A DNA stretch of 33,409 bases, taken from a virus (Duplodnaviria > Caudoviricetes). The stretch covers positions 1-33,409 of the IMG/VR virus record IMGVR_UViG_3300031519_000113; one strand, written 5' to 3'. Shown here in pieces: positions 30,417 through 33,409 of this stretch. Position numbers and translations under genes: made by a program. The notes beneath the pieces are model-generated. The model saw nothing but the letters and a program-made list of their open reading frames with translations. It was not told where the DNA came from and searched no databases. Each line of letters starts with the position of its first letter. Position 1 is the first letter of the stretch.

Positions 30417-33292
30417 TGAGTATGGTAATACTTCCTGATAAATATAAGAATCCGAACAAAGAAACTGACAGTAATGGTAGAGTTATGCTGCCTGAAGGGT
30501 ATCTTTCTTATAATCAAGAATTGCAAAGAATTGCGATTCAAAAAGAAACTGATGCTATAGAAGAATATAAAAGCTCTTTAACCCCTTACGACCCTAACGA
30601 ACTACCGTCTTTACCTCTAGAGAGAGAAGCTTTAAACCAAGGGCTGAACAGAGATACTAAAATAGAGGAAATAATTAAAGACGTTAAACTTAGAACTTCA
30701 CCGTTGACTAACCCTGTGTTAGAAGTAATGAATGCCATAAACTCCGGCATTATAGGTAGTGCTTGGGACTTAGCTGTTGCAATCCCTCAAGTTGGTATAG
30801 GAATGTACAATAAAGCTACTACAGGGGAGTTTGATTACCCTTCAATTGAAAAACCAAAAGCTTTAACAAACCAAACGTATGTAGCTAATGTTGATGACGC
30901 AGAAATCTTAGATAAAGGTGCTTTATACGTTCAACTTGGTGTGGGTATGAACTTAGCTGCGCGTCAGTTGGTTGGCAGTTTAGGGCGTAATTTTGCAAAA
31001 GACATTACTATTAAAGAAGTAGGAACAGGCACAACAATTAAAAAGGCCAAATCAATGCCTTTTTTAGGTGCTGAAAACGCTAGACGCGGTGTTGTAAGGG
31101 ACATAGCTTCTACTCCTCTTTCTACGGAAGTGGGGATAGGTCTTGCTATGGTAGCTTCAGGTGCCGTAGGAAAAGCACAAGACGTAAAAGTATTAGGAGT
31201 AGACCTATTAACCTTACCTTCTGAGTTAGCCGGTGGGGTTTACGCTGCTGCTAAGATGGCACCAAAACAAACATCAGCCGTTTTAAATGCATGGGAACAA
31301 AAGTTTGGTAAAGAGCCTGTTTTTGTTGCAAGTAAAAAAATAAGAGGACAGTCTGTAAGCCCTGTGGAAGCTAAACAAGCGTTAGAAGCATCTACAGGCG
31401 AAGAGGTTTTATCAGTAGCTGTTAGAACAGAAGACTCAGGTGTTTTAACATTGGAGCGTTCTCTTGCTGCTACAGACCCTATATTTAAAACAAGGGTAGA
31501 TGAAAGTATAGATTTAGCTCAAGGGTCTTTAGCTGACGAGTTAAGTAAGCTCACAGACCCAACTACTGGTTCCTACAATTGGGAAGCTTTTAAAGAAATG
31601 CTCCCTAAAATACAACAAGACTTGAGAAGTCAGGTAGATGATAGAGTTAATGTAGCTCAAGAAGAGTTATCTTTTATAGTACGTGCTTTTGAAAACGATC
31701 CAGTAAAGGCATCAAAAGAGTTTACAAAATCTTTTGATAATTTAATGTCTGATCTTACAGTTCAGGAGCAAAGATTGTGGCAACCTATAAATGATATAGT
31801 AACAGTCCCCACTCAATCTTTAAAAGCAGACGTAGCTAAAATTGTTAAGGATGCCAATAAATCTCAAAATTTACCTGTGGCTGAAATGTCTGAAATACTG
31901 GGAGTTGGTATACAAAGAACAAGCCAAGGTTGGAGAATAACAAATAACAAAAAACAAGCTACACAACCAACAGTAAAAATGTTAGATAAAGAAGCGCCTA
32001 TAGTTTTGACCACACTGAGATCAAATCTTAATCAAACTAGAAGAGCCTCTGCAAGAGCTACAGATTCAAAAGACCGTTACGATCAAGAAATATTGTTTAA
32101 GCTACAAGAAGCTGTTTTAAAATCTTTAACTAACACTGCTGATACTGTAAATCCAGAACTGAGGAATAATTATTTAGCTGCTATAAGTTTTACTAAGAAG
32201 ATGCACGAAGTCACTTCTAATGCTTCTTTAATACCTAAAGTAATTAAAGCAGAGCCTGAAAAGAAAGCAGCCACGTTGTTAGGAGGTAAAGATCAGGCAG
32301 ACATGGCGATAGCTGCTAGGGAACTAGAGGAACTTTTTGGTATAATAGCTAACGATAACCCTGCTGCTAGTTCTCGTCTTTTAAAACAATCAGAACAGTT
32401 TATTTTTAATAAATTTGCTGACCAAGTTGATCCAACGGACTTGGCTTCTTTTGATCTTTTTATTGCTAAAAACCAAGACTGGTTTAGAAGGTTTCCTGAG
32501 GCAGGTAGAGTAATTGAAGCAGCAAGACAAAAAGCTAAAAATCAAGGAGTAATAGTAAAAAGCGCTTTAAAAGCACAAGAAGCCGCAAAAGCAAAAGAGT
32601 TTTGGAATATTTCAGGTAAAACCCCCGAAGCAGCTATGGATATTATCTTAAATGCCGCCAACCCTACTCAAGTATCCGCGCAGTTTAGAAAGTTATTATC
32701 TAAAAGCCCTGTTGCCGTACAGGAGTTTAAAGATAACATAGCTAAAAAAATAGCAGCGGAGTCTATGTCTATAGTAGATAGGCAAATTGCAGGGGCAGGG
32801 AAACAACAAGTAATACAAACAGTTCCTTTTGAAATAGCCTTAAAGAAATATGCCCCTCTAACAGGAGTATTTAACACTAAAGAGCTTAAAGGTTTAGAGT
32901 TGTTACATAAAAAATCTGTTCAAATAGCTAAATCAATACAAGCTAAAGGAGGAACAGAACATCTAGAAGGAAAAGGAACAAACCTAGCAATTCTTTTAAC
33001 GGCTAAAGTTGTAGCCTTGAAAGCAGTTAGTGCGATAGCGGGATCACAATCTATTGTTTTGGCTAACAGTGCTTCTAACATAGCAGCTAAAGCAGTTAGA
33101 GGGTTGACAGATGATGTTGCCAACAATATTCTTAAAGAAGCTTATAAGAACGAAGAGTTAATGAAGATATTGCTGACTGAAAACATAACCCCTTCACAAC
33201 TGAGCGTGTTAAACAGTAACAAGTTTCAATCAGGACGTACTTTGTTCAAAGCTTTGACAGAAGGTATACTACAAGAACCTGAACAAGAGTAA
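30416..33292 (+). CDS. probable large internal virion / DNA ejection protein 3
   Basis: 958 aa, helical, last gene of the structural arm; no catalytic motif recognised. Confidence 0.62.
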   Translation: MSMVILPDKYKNPNKETDSNGRVMLPEGYLSYNQELQRIAIQKETDAIEEYKSSLTPYDPNELPSLPLEREALNQGLNRDTKIEEIIKDVKLRTSPLTNPVLEVMNAINSGIIGSAWDLAVAIPQVGIGMYNKATTGEFDYPSIEKPKALTNQTYVANVDDAEILDKGALYVQLGVGMNLAARQLVGSLGRNFAKDITIKEVGTGTTIKKAKSMPFLGAENARRGVVRDIASTPLSTEVGIGLAMVASGAVGKAQDVKVLGVDLLTLPSELAGGVYAAAKMAPKQTSAVLNAWEQKFGKEPVFVASKKIRGQSVSPVEAKQALEASTGEEVLSVAVRTEDSGVLTLERSLAATDPIFKTRVDESIDLAQGSLADELSKLTDPTTGSYNWEAFKEMLPKIQQDLRSQVDDRVNVAQEELSFIVRAFENDPVKASKEFTKSFDNLMSDLTVQEQRLWQPINDIVTVPTQSLKADVAKIVKDANKSQNLPVAEMSEILGVGIQRTSQGWRITNNKKQATQPTVKMLDKEAPIVLTTLRSNLNQTRRASARATDSKDRYDQEILFKLQEAVLKSLTNTADTVNPELRNNYLAAISFTKKMHEVTSNASLIPKVIKAEPEKKAATLLGGKDQADMAIAARELEELFGIIANDNPAASSRLLKQSEQFIFNKFADQVDPTDLASFDLFIAKNQDWFRRFPEAGRVIEAARQKAKNQGVIVKSALKAQEAAKAKEFWNISGKTPEAAMDIILNAANPTQVSAQFRKLLSKSPVAVQEFKDNIAKKIAAESMSIVDRQIAGAGKQQVIQTVPFEIALKKYAPLTGVFNTKELKGLELLHKKSVQIAKSIQAKGGTEHLEGKGTNLAILLTAKVVALKAVSAIAGSQSIVLANSASNIAAKAVRGLTDDVANNILKEAYKNEELMKILLTENITPSQLSVLNSNKFQSGRTLFKALTEGILQEPEQE

Positions 33293-33293
33293 C

Positions 33294-33328
33294 AAAAAGC
33301 CCCTTAGGTCTCCCTAGGGGGCTTTTGT
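33294..33328. terminator. bidirectional rho-independent terminator between the converging arms
   Basis: AAAAAGCCCCTTAGG-TCTC-CCTAGGGGGCTTTTGT, with A-tract on the left and T-tract on the right. Confidence 0.88.
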
Positions 33329-33390
33329 ATACTACAGTATACATTGTAAACTATAAGAAACACTTTAACGTACATATAAGTGTTGGCTAA

Positions 33391-33409
33391 CTACACTATT
33401 TCGCATGTA
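33391..33409 (-). CDS. nrdJ: 3' end of probable ribonucleotide reductase gene entering from the right edge
   Basis: Reverse complement reads T ACA TGC GAA ATA GTG TAG = ...TCEIV*, like the C-terminal 'C.GG.CEIV' redox tail of class II RNRs. Only 5 codons are visible. Confidence 0.55.

Noticed and set aside
1-33409. tRNA genes, integrase/att sites, introns or inteins in Pol, helicase or TerL
   Set aside because: None recognised by eye, and the core proteins are of normal length with contiguous motifs; tRNAscan/Infernal were not run.

Overview
The window is most of the genome of a lytic podovirus, probably marine. Its organisation resembles SIO1/cobavirus-type (Zobellviridae-like) phages; this is inferred from gene content and layout, not from a database search. 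There are two oppositely transcribed arms. The minus-strand arm (8283 to 1) carries tiny early genes and a T7-like replication module: SSB, primase-helicase, a free-standing HNH endonuclease, family A DNA polymerase, a T5orf172-type nuclease, 5'-3' exonuclease, endonuclease I and DUF3310. The plus-strand arm (9060-33292) carries terminases, an M15 endolysin, portal, four small basic peptides, scaffold, major capsid, tail fibres, holins, a 1446-aa acidic Ala-rich protein with an EF-hand, tail adaptor/nozzle and ejection proteins, and ends in a bidirectional terminator. The two window edges look like the first and last codons of one class II ribonucleotide reductase gene, so the window may be a circularly permuted genome cut inside nrdJ. 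No RNA polymerase gene is visible, and several near-consensus sigma70 promoters are present. The most striking feature is the non-coding divergence region (about 8290-9060), which probably contains the genome termini. It holds three tandem, co-oriented consensus sigma54 (-24/-12) boxes and a cluster of co-oriented DnaA boxes ahead of the early promoter. This could be a host-factor decoy or landing pad on the first-injected DNA.
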